Shown here: positions 25,661 to 35,442 of the stretch, in pieces | Layout of the letters: each line of letters starts with the position of its first letter | Position numbering within the stretch: the stretch's first letter is position 1 | Virus record (IMG/VR): IMGVR_UViG_3300049460_000369 | Length of the DNA: 64,000 nucleotides | Source: an uncultured virus (IMG/VR IMGVR_UViG_3300049460_000369) | Taxonomy: Duplodnaviria > Heunggongvirae > Uroviricota > Caudoviricetes | Reading direction: 5' to 3' (one strand) | Notes under the pieces: generated by a model | Told to the model about the DNA's origin: nothing | Seen by the model: only the letters and a program-made list of their open reading frames with translations | Database searches by the model: none | Made by a program: the position numbers and the translations under genes

Positions 25661-26446
25661 ATGATCCACTTCCTTTTCCCATCCGACCTGTTCAACAAGC
25701 GGGTCGTAGATGAAGACTATCAGGATGAACTGAATGCCCTCGCCTCGCGGGGGTTTTCTCATTCCTTGTTTTCGTTTGAAGACTTCCAGGACGGAAAGTT
25801 CAAACCGTTCCCCGTCATCCCCACAGACGCGACTGTTATCTATCGCGGATGGATGATGACGCCGGAGGTCTACTCGACCCTGTACGACGCACTGGTGACC
25901 TCTGGTGGGCGTTTGCTGACGAATCCCACGCAGTATCGCCAGGCACACCATATGCCTGAATGGCTGACTGCGCCTGACATGGCTCTGTTTACACCCAGCA
26001 CTATCGTGGTCCCACGCGAGGCTGATTTTGTGGAGGCAGTAAAGGATACTGGTTGGCAACGCTTCTTCGTGAAAGACTACGTGAAATCGTTGTCTACCGG
26101 GCGTGGCCCATTTGCTGACACCCCAGAGCAGATTTCAGAAATAGTTGACCTCATGGAGAAATACCGTGGCTTCGTTGAAGGTGGCGTTTGCATCCGTGAA
26201 TTCGAACGCTTCAAACCTGAATCCGAGACTCGCTATTTCTCGGTTAATCATAAGATCTATGGTCCATATGGGCATGTACCGACCATCGTGGAAGTGATTG
26301 CGAACCGTATCGACAGCCCATTCTTCTCCATTGACATGGCCGCAAGCTTGCACAACGGCCTTCGTTTAATCGAGATTGGCGACGGGCAGGTGTCGTCTCG
26401 CAAACAATGGGACGCTGATGTCTTTGCTGAAATCTTCAAGGACTAA
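25661..26446 (+). CDS. ATP-grasp protein, R2K/DUF4343-like
   Basis: IYRGWM, FFVKDYVKS, GGVCIRE, ETRYF, FSIDMA, LIEIGDGQVS. Confidence 0.8.
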   Translation: MIHFLFPSDLFNKRVVDEDYQDELNALASRGFSHSLFSFEDFQDGKFKPFPVIPTDATVIYRGWMMTPEVYSTLYDALVTSGGRLLTNPTQYRQAHHMPEWLTAPDMALFTPSTIVVPREADFVEAVKDTGWQRFFVKDYVKSLSTGRGPFADTPEQISEIVDLMEKYRGFVEGGVCIREFERFKPESETRYFSVNHKIYGPYGHVPTIVEVIANRIDSPFFSIDMAASLHNGLRLIEIGDGQVSSRKQWDADVFAEIFKD

Positions 26447-26470
26447 ATATCACCAAACAACCGGTGATAT

Positions 26471-26728
26471 ATGTCCTTCCTTTCCAAACTCAAAGCCCGC
26501 ACTCAGCAACTTACCCAAGACTCAATTGATGCTTTGGCAGAACTTAAAGTACCAGAAGAGGTTAGGGAAGAACGCTATGCTGAGTGCCAAGCCTGTCCTC
26601 ATTTTGTTCATACAACTACCACCTGCATGAAGTGTGGTTGTTTCATGTTCGCCAAAACGCACCTATCGACAGCTTCTTGCCCAATCGGGAAGTGGCCAGT
26701 ATTCGAGATTAAAACTGCTCCTAAATAA
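26471..26728 (+). CDS. small Cys-rich protein (DUF6171-like)
   Basis: ERY.ECQACP...CMKCGCFM.AK......CPIGKW; CTAAATA box at 26443-26449. Confidence 0.7.
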   Translation: MSFLSKLKARTQQLTQDSIDALAELKVPEEVREERYAECQACPHFVHTTTTCMKCGCFMFAKTHLSTASCPIGKWPVFEIKTAPK

Positions 26729-26752
26729 TCGCATAAATGGAGTAGCAGTTGA

Positions 26753-27604
26753 ATGTCGTTTTTATCTGTTGACAACCTGAATGTCAATCACAAAGTCATT
26801 ATTAAGCCGCCATCGAGCGGCTTAATGTTTTTGGCGTCGATCAAACGATACGTACATGACATAGTGAGAACAATGCCCGCGCCTTATACACTCTTCGTAT
26901 CTGGTGGAGTTGACAGTCAAGCGATGATGTATGCTTGGCTAATAAGTGGCGTCCCGTTTAAGGTCGTAAACGTGTCGTATAAGGGCCTCAATGATCATGA
27001 CTATATCGAGACCCTTCACTTTGCTGGACGACATGGTATCGTGATAGACCGATTGGTGTTTGACGTCTTGGATTTTCTGGAGACTCGGTTGGACGAATAT
27101 GCGATGCCATACCAATGCTCAAGCCCACAGATTTGTACTCATATGGCCTTCACGGAGTTGGTCACTGAAGGGACAAAAATTCTGTCAGGCAATTTGCCAA
27201 TTCCAGATCAACCTTCAATGAATAATACAATCTTTGGCTTGCAGCGGTATGCAACCATGACCAATGCAAATATGGTTCCATTCTTCCTGATGAGTGATGA
27301 AGAGTCCGCCAGTATTGCTGCCAATGTGGCCATGAGCCTTCCGGTTGGAGAAATGGGACACTATGAGTTCAAGTGTTTGGTCTATCGTGAACTTGGTATT
27401 CCGATCATCCCACAAGACACCAAGCTGACCGGATTTGAAAAGCTGAAAGAACTATATGAAAAACATCATGATAGGGTAACTGCGGCAATGCGATTACGCC
27501 ATAGTGGATTAGTTTCACATGGGGTATTTGACCAGCTTTTTAGAAATAAATACATGATCATTCTGAAGAATGCTTATCAGACTAAATTTGTGGTGCAAAA
27601 ATGA
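26753..27604 (+). CDS. PP-loop adenylating enzyme (asparagine synthetase-like C-terminal domain)
   Basis: LFVSGGVDSQ PP-loop motif; no glutaminase domain. Confidence 0.7.
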   Translation: MSFLSVDNLNVNHKVIIKPPSSGLMFLASIKRYVHDIVRTMPAPYTLFVSGGVDSQAMMYAWLISGVPFKVVNVSYKGLNDHDYIETLHFAGRHGIVIDRLVFDVLDFLETRLDEYAMPYQCSSPQICTHMAFTELVTEGTKILSGNLPIPDQPSMNNTIFGLQRYATMTNANMVPFFLMSDEESASIAANVAMSLPVGEMGHYEFKCLVYRELGIPIIPQDTKLTGFEKLKELYEKHHDRVTAAMRLRHSGLVSHGVFDQLFRNKYMIILKNAYQTKFVVQK

Positions 27605-29154
27605 AATATATAGTAGACTTCCTCAATGATACAGCTGATGCTGACATTACTAAATGGTTGGCCGACAACACGGTAACCACAGTTGAAATCATTGAAACTA
27701 CGGGTAAGGTGTATCTAATTGATACCGCCGTTACCCCAAACCCAACATCAATCGTCGAGACCATCACGCTCGACGTCAATATCTCCAGTCAATTACTTGG
27801 CACGGTTGAGATTATCCCGTTATCTACTGGAACAACCAGCTCGTTCGATCATGAAGCAGACTGGTGGAAAACTGCCAGTTGTGCGAATGTGGACTTCGTT
27901 GCCGAAACCACCACATTCGAATCAAGAGGTGCTGCATCCACGGTTTACATCCTGGACTCTGGCATTGATAAAGCGCATGTGGATCTGGTCAATACCAAGA
28001 TCGTAGATCTCTTTAGCTTCACTGAAGTAAACGCAGATACGAGCGGCCACGGTACCGCCTTGGCTAGTATTGTGGCTGGACAGACCTGCGGTATCACCAA
28101 TAGTACAATCAAGAATGTGAAGATCTTCGATAAGACAACCGAAACTATGTTGTCAGATATCGTTAAGGCATTGGATGCCGTATTGGCCGATATCGTGGCA
28201 AACCAAAATAGCATCTCGGTTGTGAATATGAGTTGGTCGATCCCCAAGAACGACTATGTGGAAACCAAACTGCAACGTCTGATTGATGTTGGTGCTATTT
28301 TGGTGGCAGCAGCAGGCAATAGCGGTGTGGCTATTGAGAACGTCACGCCTGCGTCTATGGATGCGGTTTTGACTGTGGGTGCATACGATGTGAACTTCGC
28401 GCCAGCTGACTTCTCTAATTATACCAGCAGTGTGTCAACCACGCCTAATACAACAAACTACGGGGCGTTGGATGTCTGGGCACCAGGTGTCGATATCAAG
28501 GCTGCGTTGCTGGATGGTACCATGGGTAATATCTCAGGTACCAGTGCCGCAGCAGCCGTAATGACTGCATGCTTGGCTTACAATAGCGACATGAGCTACA
28601 CCAAGACCGGCCCATCACCAAAGGCTGCAATCTTGATGGAACTCAACAGCATGAGTAAACATGGATTGTTGGTATTGAGTGACAAATATGCATCAAGCGT
28701 AAATGTGGCTGCAACCTTCCGCCCGCACCCAACACCAACAATGGAGTTTGGTACTAGCACTATCACGAACCTCATTTATGCTGGTGTCAACAATGCTGTA
28801 TACATTGCACCCAACACTCTCGTGAGCAAAATCGAACTCAGCATTGACCTGCCAGATGGGTTGTCATTGTCGAATGGTTGGATCGTTGGCACACCAACCA
28901 CATCACCAACCGACAAGACCGACCTCTTGCAATTTACAGCATCAGTCACATATACGACAGGATCAGTGAACGATTATACGGTCCGTCTCTATATGTTGAC
29001 TCCTGATGTTGCATTTGGTGATCATCCGGTTGACATTACCTTGTTGGAGTATTGCACGGGCTCAAGTGGATCTTGCTATGGCCTCTGCGAAGCAGCATGT
29101 AATAGCTGCTCCAAGGGCGAACCGTGTTTGTCATGCGGTGCCGATTGCCCATAA
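27601..29154 (+). CDS. subtilisin-like S8 serine protease with propeptide, Ig-like (He_PIG-type) domain and Cys-rich tail
   Basis: Triad YILDSG, GHGT, SGTS; AAAGN; LPDGLSL..G.I.GTPT; 8 Cys in the last ~33 aa. Confidence 0.85.
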   Translation: MKYIVDFLNDTADADITKWLADNTVTTVEIIETTGKVYLIDTAVTPNPTSIVETITLDVNISSQLLGTVEIIPLSTGTTSSFDHEADWWKTASCANVDFVAETTTFESRGAASTVYILDSGIDKAHVDLVNTKIVDLFSFTEVNADTSGHGTALASIVAGQTCGITNSTIKNVKIFDKTTETMLSDIVKALDAVLADIVANQNSISVVNMSWSIPKNDYVETKLQRLIDVGAILVAAAGNSGVAIENVTPASMDAVLTVGAYDVNFAPADFSNYTSSVSTTPNTTNYGALDVWAPGVDIKAALLDGTMGNISGTSAAAAVMTACLAYNSDMSYTKTGPSPKAAILMELNSMSKHGLLVLSDKYASSVNVAATFRPHPTPTMEFGTSTITNLIYAGVNNAVYIAPNTLVSKIELSIDLPDGLSLSNGWIVGTPTTSPTDKTDLLQFTASVTYTTGSVNDYTVRLYMLTPDVAFGDHPVDITLLEYCTGSSGSCYGLCEAACNSCSKGEPCLSCGADCP

Positions 29155-29212
29155 TGTAAAATATAGTGAATGGCTCTTGAACTTAAAGCCATTCACTAGT
29201 ATCCTGGCAACT

Positions 29213-30019
29213 ATGCACTGGATACTTCAACCAAACTTCTTCAATGAATCCGCTTACGAGACTGTTCTTCAGGTACTCGAGCGGTTCAATATCTCATACT
29301 CAATCGAAAAGTGGATTCCCATTTTCCACGTCTTCGAGCATGAGCCCCAACTCCCCAGTAAAAATGTGATGTGCATGGGCACCTATGCACTGCGCCAAGC
29401 CGCTCAAGAGCGTGGCTGGTATCCGGGCGTGTTCGACCTTGAACCATTCGACTTTACGGTTCAGTTGAAACACTGGGGTAACCATATGCTGAATGCGGAT
29501 GCTGATGTGATGGCATTCAAAGATGTTCAGTTCCTCAGTGCTGCATTCTTGCGCCCATTGCAGGACAGCAAGGTTTTTGACGGCAAAGTCTATCATCAAG
29601 AAGACTTCATGAAATGGCAGCACGACGTCTGCGTAAAGGGCGAGAAGGCGAACGGGTCGTCGCTCACCCCTGATACACCCGTGCAAGTATGCTATCCTAA
29701 AACTATCCATGCAGAGTACAGGTTCTGGGTCGTAAAGGGCGAGATCGTCACCGCGTCAATGTATCGTCGTAGCAAGCAAGTATTCTATTCATCTGAAGTT
29801 GATGAATGCTACCACGATTTCGTTCGGGCCCGCATTGCTGAATGGATGCCGCTCGAAACATTTGTCATCGACGTATGCAGTATTCCCGGCACCGGTGAAG
29901 GGCGGCACGATATTAAGATTGTCGAAATCAACACCCTGAATTCAGCTGGGTATTATGCTGCCGACATTCAGAAGTTGATTATGGCATTGCACATGGGATA
30001 CAGCGATGAGATTCGGTGA
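29213..30019 (+). CDS. ATP-grasp protein, R2K-like
   Basis: FLRP..DSKVFDG, I.AEYRFWVV.GEIVTAS.Y, FVIDV, IVEIN.LNSAGYY. Confidence 0.8.
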   Translation: MHWILQPNFFNESAYETVLQVLERFNISYSIEKWIPIFHVFEHEPQLPSKNVMCMGTYALRQAAQERGWYPGVFDLEPFDFTVQLKHWGNHMLNADADVMAFKDVQFLSAAFLRPLQDSKVFDGKVYHQEDFMKWQHDVCVKGEKANGSSLTPDTPVQVCYPKTIHAEYRFWVVKGEIVTASMYRRSKQVFYSSEVDECYHDFVRARIAEWMPLETFVIDVCSIPGTGEGRHDIKIVEINTLNSAGYYAADIQKLIMALHMGYSDEIR

Positions 30020-30314
30020 CTATCGGGGGCCGTTGTCAACCAGGCATGATGTGTTCTTGCATAAAGAATTATGCAAGAACATTCCATCCCCAATGTGGGG
30101 CACCGCATTTGGGATAGTTGTTGGTTGGGGTCACGATATACAGAGAGGCATGATCCCCAACAACGAGTTCGATCGCTGGATGCGCGAGCGTGGTATCGAT
30201 TACCTGGTTCATTGCAGCTTCCCCGATGGCTGCTCTATCTACATCTTCCATCCATTCGAAGAAGACTTGACTCTCCTCAAGTTATCTTGGGATAACAATC
30301 TCCTCCGCGGTTGA
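30006..30314 (+). CDS. FKL-motif paralog family member
   Basis: FDRWM...FEEDLTLLKLSW. Confidence 0.6.
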   Translation: MRFGDYRGPLSTRHDVFLHKELCKNIPSPMWGTAFGIVVGWGHDIQRGMIPNNEFDRWMRERGIDYLVHCSFPDGCSIYIFHPFEEDLTLLKLSWDNNLLRG

Positions 30315-30380
30315 GTTTGCCAGCTTAAATTGCAGGGTGGTATACTTGCCAGTAGAATAGGCTTCTTAGTGGAGCTTATT

Positions 30381-30632
30381 ATGCTGACCCCAACTCTTAA
30401 ACGATCATACAACGTTCACTGGTTCGATTGCAAGACATATTGGCGTATGCTTGGTACACCAGAACCTGGTAAACCATATCCCCCGCCGCCAACTAAAAAA
30501 CGTCTAGACTATGTTACGCTGCATGAGGGCAAACCATGCCAGATGCAACTGTGCATCGGCGTATGGGATGATGACAAATATACTGAATTGCACAGAGACG
30601 AACTGGCATTTCATCAAAGGAGCTATAAATGA
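30381..30632 (+). CDS. hypothetical protein
   Basis: GGAG RBS. Confidence 0.65.
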   Translation: MLTPTLKRSYNVHWFDCKTYWRMLGTPEPGKPYPPPPTKKRLDYVTLHEGKPCQMQLCIGVWDDDKYTELHRDELAFHQRSYK

Positions 30633-30793
30633 ACAATAAAGTAATCCTCGCTATCCTGGGCCTCGTGGCCTTGTATATGGTTATCAGTGCCGTTGTGGCA
30701 CTGTTCCACTTCAACCCTATCGGCTTCGTCATCGACCTGGTATTGGCCGCACTGGCTGGTTACTCGGCCTGGAACATTTTTAAGAAATCGTAA
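30629..30793 (+). CDS. 54-aa 2-TM membrane protein (below ORF-track cutoff)
   Basis: AAGGAG RBS; MNNKVILAILGLVALYMVISAVV... Confidence 0.65.
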   Translation: MNNKVILAILGLVALYMVISAVVALFHFNPIGFVIDLVLAALAGYSAWNIFKKS

Positions 30794-31230
30794 TGTGGCA
30801 TTGGTTCAATAAAAATATTCTTCAGCCGCTAGTACGGGGCCATAACCAAGGACATCGTGTGGGCACTATTCGCATTGGCAACAAAACTTATCAGGGCAAT
30901 GATCTGTCGATCATCAATGGGGTAGTACGCATTGACGGCAACCTGGTCGAAGATGTGGAAGACGCCACCAAGAACAAGATCCTGGAAGTTCGCGTGGTAG
31001 AAGGCACTATCGAAAATCTGCGCACTGATGCCGCAGTCACATGCCAGAATGTCACTGGCAACGTGGATGCTGGTGGCTCAGTAACATGCAAGAATGTGGG
31101 TGGCGGAGTCGATGCTGGTGGTTCTGTTCGCTGCGACGATGTGACGGGTGGCGTCGACGCCGGTGGATCGGTAACTTGCGGTAAAGTGGCTGGCAGTATT
31201 GATGCTGGTGGATCGGTGCGTCACGGATGA
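30793..31230 (+). CDS. beta-helix repeat protein (adhesin/DUF4097-like VDAGGSVxC repeats)
   Basis: Four V/IDAGGSV repeats with 15-aa period. Confidence 0.65.
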   Translation: MWHWFNKNILQPLVRGHNQGHRVGTIRIGNKTYQGNDLSIINGVVRIDGNLVEDVEDATKNKILEVRVVEGTIENLRTDAAVTCQNVTGNVDAGGSVTCKNVGGGVDAGGSVRCDDVTGGVDAGGSVTCGKVAGSIDAGGSVRHG

Positions 31231-31574
31231 AAGCATTGACAAAATACCAGGTGCCATTCAGTGTTCAGAATGGCAATCAAATGCGCGAAGCCAATACTTG
31301 GGGCGGCAAGCTAGATCCAAGTGCCGTCATGAAGGATAATATACCCTTCACCGATACTCTGAAGTACATCGAATACGATGAGAACTACCGCACCAAAAGC
31401 GTGTATGTGAAAATGCAACGTATGGTCGATGGCTCGCATGTGTATCTGTTCTTCTCGGACTTCTCGACCCTTATCCCCTTGCTGAACAACGGCGAAGTTA
31501 CGGGTGAATGGGCATTCATCAAACGCGGCCCGAAATATGGCTGCTACATGATCCAACACATACCAAAACCATAA
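31227..31574 (+). CDS. hypothetical protein
   Basis: Coupled ORF. Confidence 0.7.
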   Translation: MKALTKYQVPFSVQNGNQMREANTWGGKLDPSAVMKDNIPFTDTLKYIEYDENYRTKSVYVKMQRMVDGSHVYLFFSDFSTLIPLLNNGEVTGEWAFIKRGPKYGCYMIQHIPKP

Positions 31575-31581
31575 AATAATC

Positions 31582-31911
31582 ATGTTCCAATTTAACCTCC
31601 TGCCACTCAACACCGAAGCCGAACTGATTGAAGATTGGGTATTTGAGTACAAATATGACTACTGGAATCAACCAGACCTGATTGATGTTCTGGGAACCTA
31701 TATCGATCGCGATGTAAATGGTAATATCACTTATGGGGCGACTGCAACTGTAGTTGTTCCGGCCGGTACCAAGTTCTTGATCCGCAAGTACGATCTTAAT
31801 CAGGGCAATATCAATGGGCGTATTACAGTAACGATTCGTATTCTGGGCCGTTCGCCTAAAGTTAAGGTCGAAATTCCAGAGTTGAATAAACTCAAATACA
31901 TCTTACCATAA
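31582..31911 (+). CDS. hypothetical protein (similar N-terminal pattern to 35862-36293)
   Basis: L.EDW.F...Y...N...PAGT. Confidence 0.65.
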   Translation: MFQFNLLPLNTEAELIEDWVFEYKYDYWNQPDLIDVLGTYIDRDVNGNITYGATATVVVPAGTKFLIRKYDLNQGNINGRITVTIRILGRSPKVKVEIPELNKLKYILP

Positions 31912-32003
31912 GTGTTGTTTAGAGTAACTCAACTCTAGATTTCGCTTGCAAATGAACATCCTTCATGTTACCATGTTTACATTACTGGAACTTGGAGGAT
32001 GTT

Positions 32004-32585
32004 ATGCAAACCATGAAACGTATCGCTTTCGTTGCAATGATGGCCCTGAGCCTGTCCGCAAGTGCGCAAAACCGCACTGATAACATCCTCGGAACTCTGA
32101 TCGGTGGCGCCGTCGGTGGCGCCGCAGGTAGCCAGGTTGGCAAAGGCAATGGGCGTACCGCAGCGATCATTGGCGGTACCATGCTGGGGGCTTACGTGGG
32201 TGATCGTGTTACCAGCCCAAGTCAACCACAGCCGCAACAGCAACGCGGCTACCAGCAATCCAGCTACCAACAAGCTTACCAGCAACCAACGCGCTCGCAG
32301 CCGATCATGAGCTCCCGCGACGCACAACAGTCGTACGACAACAACGAAGTGATCACTGACGATCAGTACAACGATCGCCGCGTGGTACGTCAACCAGTAC
32401 GTCAGGTTCGTCAAGTGCGCGAGGTTCAACACCGTGCCGAGAAATACTACTACACCGTGCAAACCGAATCCGGCCGCACCGTTCAAATGGTTGGCTGCGC
32501 GGCATACGATGAACGTGAAGGGGCAAGTCGCCCAGTTGACATGCGGCAATGCGAAGGCCCGCAGACCGCCTACCAGAACTACTAA
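32004..32585 (+). CDS. secreted glycine-zipper 2TM protein
   Basis: Signal peptide; GTLIGGAVGGAAGSQVGKGNGRTAAIIGGTMLGAYVG. Confidence 0.8.
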   Translation: MQTMKRIAFVAMMALSLSASAQNRTDNILGTLIGGAVGGAAGSQVGKGNGRTAAIIGGTMLGAYVGDRVTSPSQPQPQQQRGYQQSSYQQAYQQPTRSQPIMSSRDAQQSYDNNEVITDDQYNDRRVVRQPVRQVRQVREVQHRAEKYYYTVQTESGRTVQMVGCAAYDEREGASRPVDMRQCEGPQTAYQNY

Positions 32586-32601
32586 AAGTTCATTCGTCCA
32601 C

Positions 32602-32630
32602 AAAAAGCGCCTAGTGTTAGGCGCTTTTTT
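32602..32630 (+). terminator. intrinsic terminator
   Basis: AAAAAGCGCCTA...TAGGCGCTTTTT. Confidence 0.75.
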
Positions 32631-32667
32631 GCCATATAATGGCAACAATATTCACACGAAAGTTCAT

Positions 32668-33903
32668 ATGAACATCATCATCACTGGTAATATTGGCTGT
32701 GGCAAAAGTACAGTCGTGAACGAACTGCGCAAGCATTTCCCCAACCACACCGTCCACAGCTTTGACGAGATGGTGCATGCCCTGTATGACAACGACGATT
32801 TTTGCCAGTTTCTGATGGACAACTTTGGTACCATCGTACGTGCGCAAGTCAGCGACCGCGTATTCAAGGATCCCGACCTGAAAGAAGCCTTGGAGCAATT
32901 CTCGCTGGGCATTCTGAATCAAGAAGTTGCCAAAGTACTGAATACCCGCAATGCAATTCTGGAATGGCCACTCTACTACGAAATGCGCGGAAACCATCGC
33001 TACTCATTCCATGCTAAATCGATTGCCATATCGTGTTCAGACGAAACCCAATTGGCACGGATCAAAGCCCGCGATGATTTCTCGGATGAAAAGATTGCAG
33101 CCATTCGCGCCAGCCAATACAGCACTGACCTTAAAGTTGCAATGAGCGACTACCGCTTCGTTAATGAAGACGGCAACCTGGTGAATGACATCAAACACCT
33201 GGCTATGAAACTGAAAGTGGTGCTGCTGGAAGAGCGGGCACTCAAGTTCTTCAACAGCCCGCTCGTGTGGCCAAGTATCAAAACTCATTACACGGAAGAA
33301 CATCGCCACTATCACACGTTGGAACACCTGGCGGCAATGTTCGATAAGTTCGATGAGGTCAAGGACCAAATCCCTCATGCGTGGGAAGTTGAACTGGCAA
33401 TCTGGTTCCATGACTACATCTACGATACGGATGAAGGTTATCAGAACAACGAAATCAACAGTGTCCGCCACATGATGCATGTGCTGGCTGGCATGACTAC
33501 TACCTGGCCAGTTGAAGATCGTAATGGCGAAACCATCCCGGCCACGCAGGCAAGTAATTACGCGAAGGTTATTCTCGCTGCCGAATTCATCCTGTCCACC
33601 AAAGGCCACAAGGTCAAAGCTCCTAGCGTCATGGTCGACGCTACCAAGCGTTTGAGCAACGAATACATGCTGGACATTGACCTGAGCATTTTGGGCGCTT
33701 CCCAGACTGCCTGTGACGTCTTTGACGATAATATTCGCAAAGAGTTCTCGCAATACCCAGATGATCAATTCGCCAAAAGCCGTGTCCAAGCGATGCGTGA
33801 ATTTAAAGATCGCCAACGCATCTTCTACACCGATCACTTCCACGAGCAATATAACAGCAATGCTCGTGTCAATCTCAAAAACATCATCAAGAAATGGAGC
33901 TAA
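32668..33903 (+). CDS. coaE: dephospho-CoA kinase fused to COG4339-like HD phosphohydrolase
   Basis: ITGNIGCGKST, Q.ARI.ARD...I..SQ; then RHYHTLEH, AIWFHD, NE..S, LDIDL.ILG, IRKEF. Confidence 0.8.
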   Translation: MNIIITGNIGCGKSTVVNELRKHFPNHTVHSFDEMVHALYDNDDFCQFLMDNFGTIVRAQVSDRVFKDPDLKEALEQFSLGILNQEVAKVLNTRNAILEWPLYYEMRGNHRYSFHAKSIAISCSDETQLARIKARDDFSDEKIAAIRASQYSTDLKVAMSDYRFVNEDGNLVNDIKHLAMKLKVVLLEERALKFFNSPLVWPSIKTHYTEEHRHYHTLEHLAAMFDKFDEVKDQIPHAWEVELAIWFHDYIYDTDEGYQNNEINSVRHMMHVLAGMTTTWPVEDRNGETIPATQASNYAKVILAAEFILSTKGHKVKAPSVMVDATKRLSNEYMLDIDLSILGASQTACDVFDDNIRKEFSQYPDDQFAKSRVQAMREFKDRQRIFYTDHFHEQYNSNARVNLKNIIKKWS

Positions 33904-33904
33904 T

Positions 33905-34435
33905 ATGTCTCACTGCCTCGTAGCTGGTTCGTATGACCCATTCACCAACGGCCATGCAATCATGGTCAAACAAGCCCTGAAACTGTTCGAACGGGTGGAT
34001 GTGATCGTCGCCGCCAATCCAGCCAAGAAATACTACCTGGGTACTGGCGAGCGCGTGTCGTTGGTGCAACGTGTGCTAGTGGATGAAATCCCGAACGACT
34101 ACTCGCGGGTGCAAGTGGTAGCACTTGGTGCTGACTTCCTGGTGAATCATGCAGCTGATGTTGGTGCCACCCATATCGTTCGTGGTCTACGCAATGGCAT
34201 GGATTTTGAGTACGAGCACAACATGCAGGTGATCAACCAAGATATCAACCCCGATATCGCGACCGTCTACGTGTCGTGCCCACCCGATCTGCAACGCGTC
34301 AGCTCGTCGATGGTCAAGGGCCTGATTGGCTATCCGGGCTGGGAAAAACAGGTTGGCAAATATGTGAATGAGATCGTACTCAAAGCATTGATCCAACAGC
34401 ACATTAGTAACCAAATCATGCGCTCAGTTCGGTGA
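33905..34435 (+). CDS. coaD: phosphopantetheine adenylyltransferase
   Basis: GSYDPFTNGH, NPAK, IVRGLR...DFEYE, VSSS.VK. Confidence 0.9.
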   Translation: MSHCLVAGSYDPFTNGHAIMVKQALKLFERVDVIVAANPAKKYYLGTGERVSLVQRVLVDEIPNDYSRVQVVALGADFLVNHAADVGATHIVRGLRNGMDFEYEHNMQVINQDINPDIATVYVSCPPDLQRVSSSMVKGLIGYPGWEKQVGKYVNEIVLKALIQQHISNQIMRSVR

Positions 34436-34614
34436 CAAATAATATCGTCCTTACCTCCCTTGGTGCATTGATTTTCATCGTGGGTGCATTTAGTATCATG
34501 ACTGGACCATCCATGCGCCATACGACAATTTGGCGCGTTCTACGCGAATACGTGTGGGTGGCCTTAATCATGTGGGGTGGCGTATACTTGCTGCTCCTCG
34601 CTTGGGTGTCTTAA
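34432..34614 (+). CDS. small membrane protein
   Basis: Two hydrophobic segments. Confidence 0.55.
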   Translation: MTNNIVLTSLGALIFIVGAFSIMTGPSMRHTTIWRVLREYVWVALIMWGGVYLLLLAWVS

Positions 34615-34841
34615 TGAAAAAAGAAAAACCGCAGGTAACCACTGAACAGATGCCAGTCCTCAAGACTATCTTTTTCTTCTTCTGTGGATTGGCACTGTTG
34701 TTCTCGTGGCTGATGTATTATAGTTGGACGAGAAACGGTAATTGGTATCTGCTTTGGGCCGCATTGTATTTTTACAACTGCAATATTGCAACCAATATCC
34801 GAGAGCTAATAGAATGGCCATTATATAAAACCGGAGACTGA
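34614..34841 (+). CDS. small membrane protein
   Basis: Hydrophobic aromatic segments. Confidence 0.55.
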   Translation: MKKEKPQVTTEQMPVLKTIFFFFCGLALLFSWLMYYSWTRNGNWYLLWAALYFYNCNIATNIRELIEWPLYKTGD

Positions 34842-34842
34842 C

Positions 34843-35076
34843 ATGTTCGCTTACCTGAAACGGTGTTTGCTGGGAATTCCACTCTATCAAATTACTGTCG
34901 AAGGCGAGACACTAGACGGTCATACGGTACGGCTTCAATACCAGACGCATCACGATCTGACTACTGAGGCACGACTTTCACAGCGTCAGCTGGTGAAACA
35001 CAAACTCGAAAAGTGGTATTGCACGCATATCAAGGCAACGTCGATCCGCTTTGTTGATTCAGAAAAACTAAAATGA
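34843..35076 (+). CDS. hypothetical protein
   Basis: GGAG RBS. Confidence 0.6.
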   Translation: MFAYLKRCLLGIPLYQITVEGETLDGHTVRLQYQTHHDLTTEARLSQRQLVKHKLEKWYCTHIKATSIRFVDSEKLK

Positions 35077-35438
35077 CAATCAATCAACACGAATTAAAAG
35101 GTCTCCAGGTTCAGCTTAAACAAGCAGAAGCTCTGGTCTCCACAAGTGAGATCGAAACCAAATCCTGCCAGAAGCGCGAAGCCGAAGCACGTCGCCAGTT
35201 GAAATCGCTGCAAGAACGAGTGAAACAACTGGAAGCCAATAACGCTGAGCCAATTGTAAGTGAGCATGCCATCCTGCGTTATCTTGAACGAGTCAAGGGC
35301 ATTGATGTTGAAGCCATCAAGCAAGAGATCCTGGATGAAAACGCCAGCAAACATATCAAGTTCGCCAAGAATGGTACTCTGAAACGTGCCGCATATTCAC
35401 TCATCTTCCGCAATAATGTAATCGTCACTGTGGAATAA
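35073..35438 (+). CDS. hypothetical protein (coiled coil + SEHAILRYLERV.G domain)
   Basis: VSEHAILRYLERVKGID...VIVTV. Confidence 0.7.
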   Translation: MTINQHELKGLQVQLKQAEALVSTSEIETKSCQKREAEARRQLKSLQERVKQLEANNAEPIVSEHAILRYLERVKGIDVEAIKQEILDENASKHIKFAKNGTLKRAAYSLIFRNNVIVTVE

Positions 35439-35442
35439 TTTC

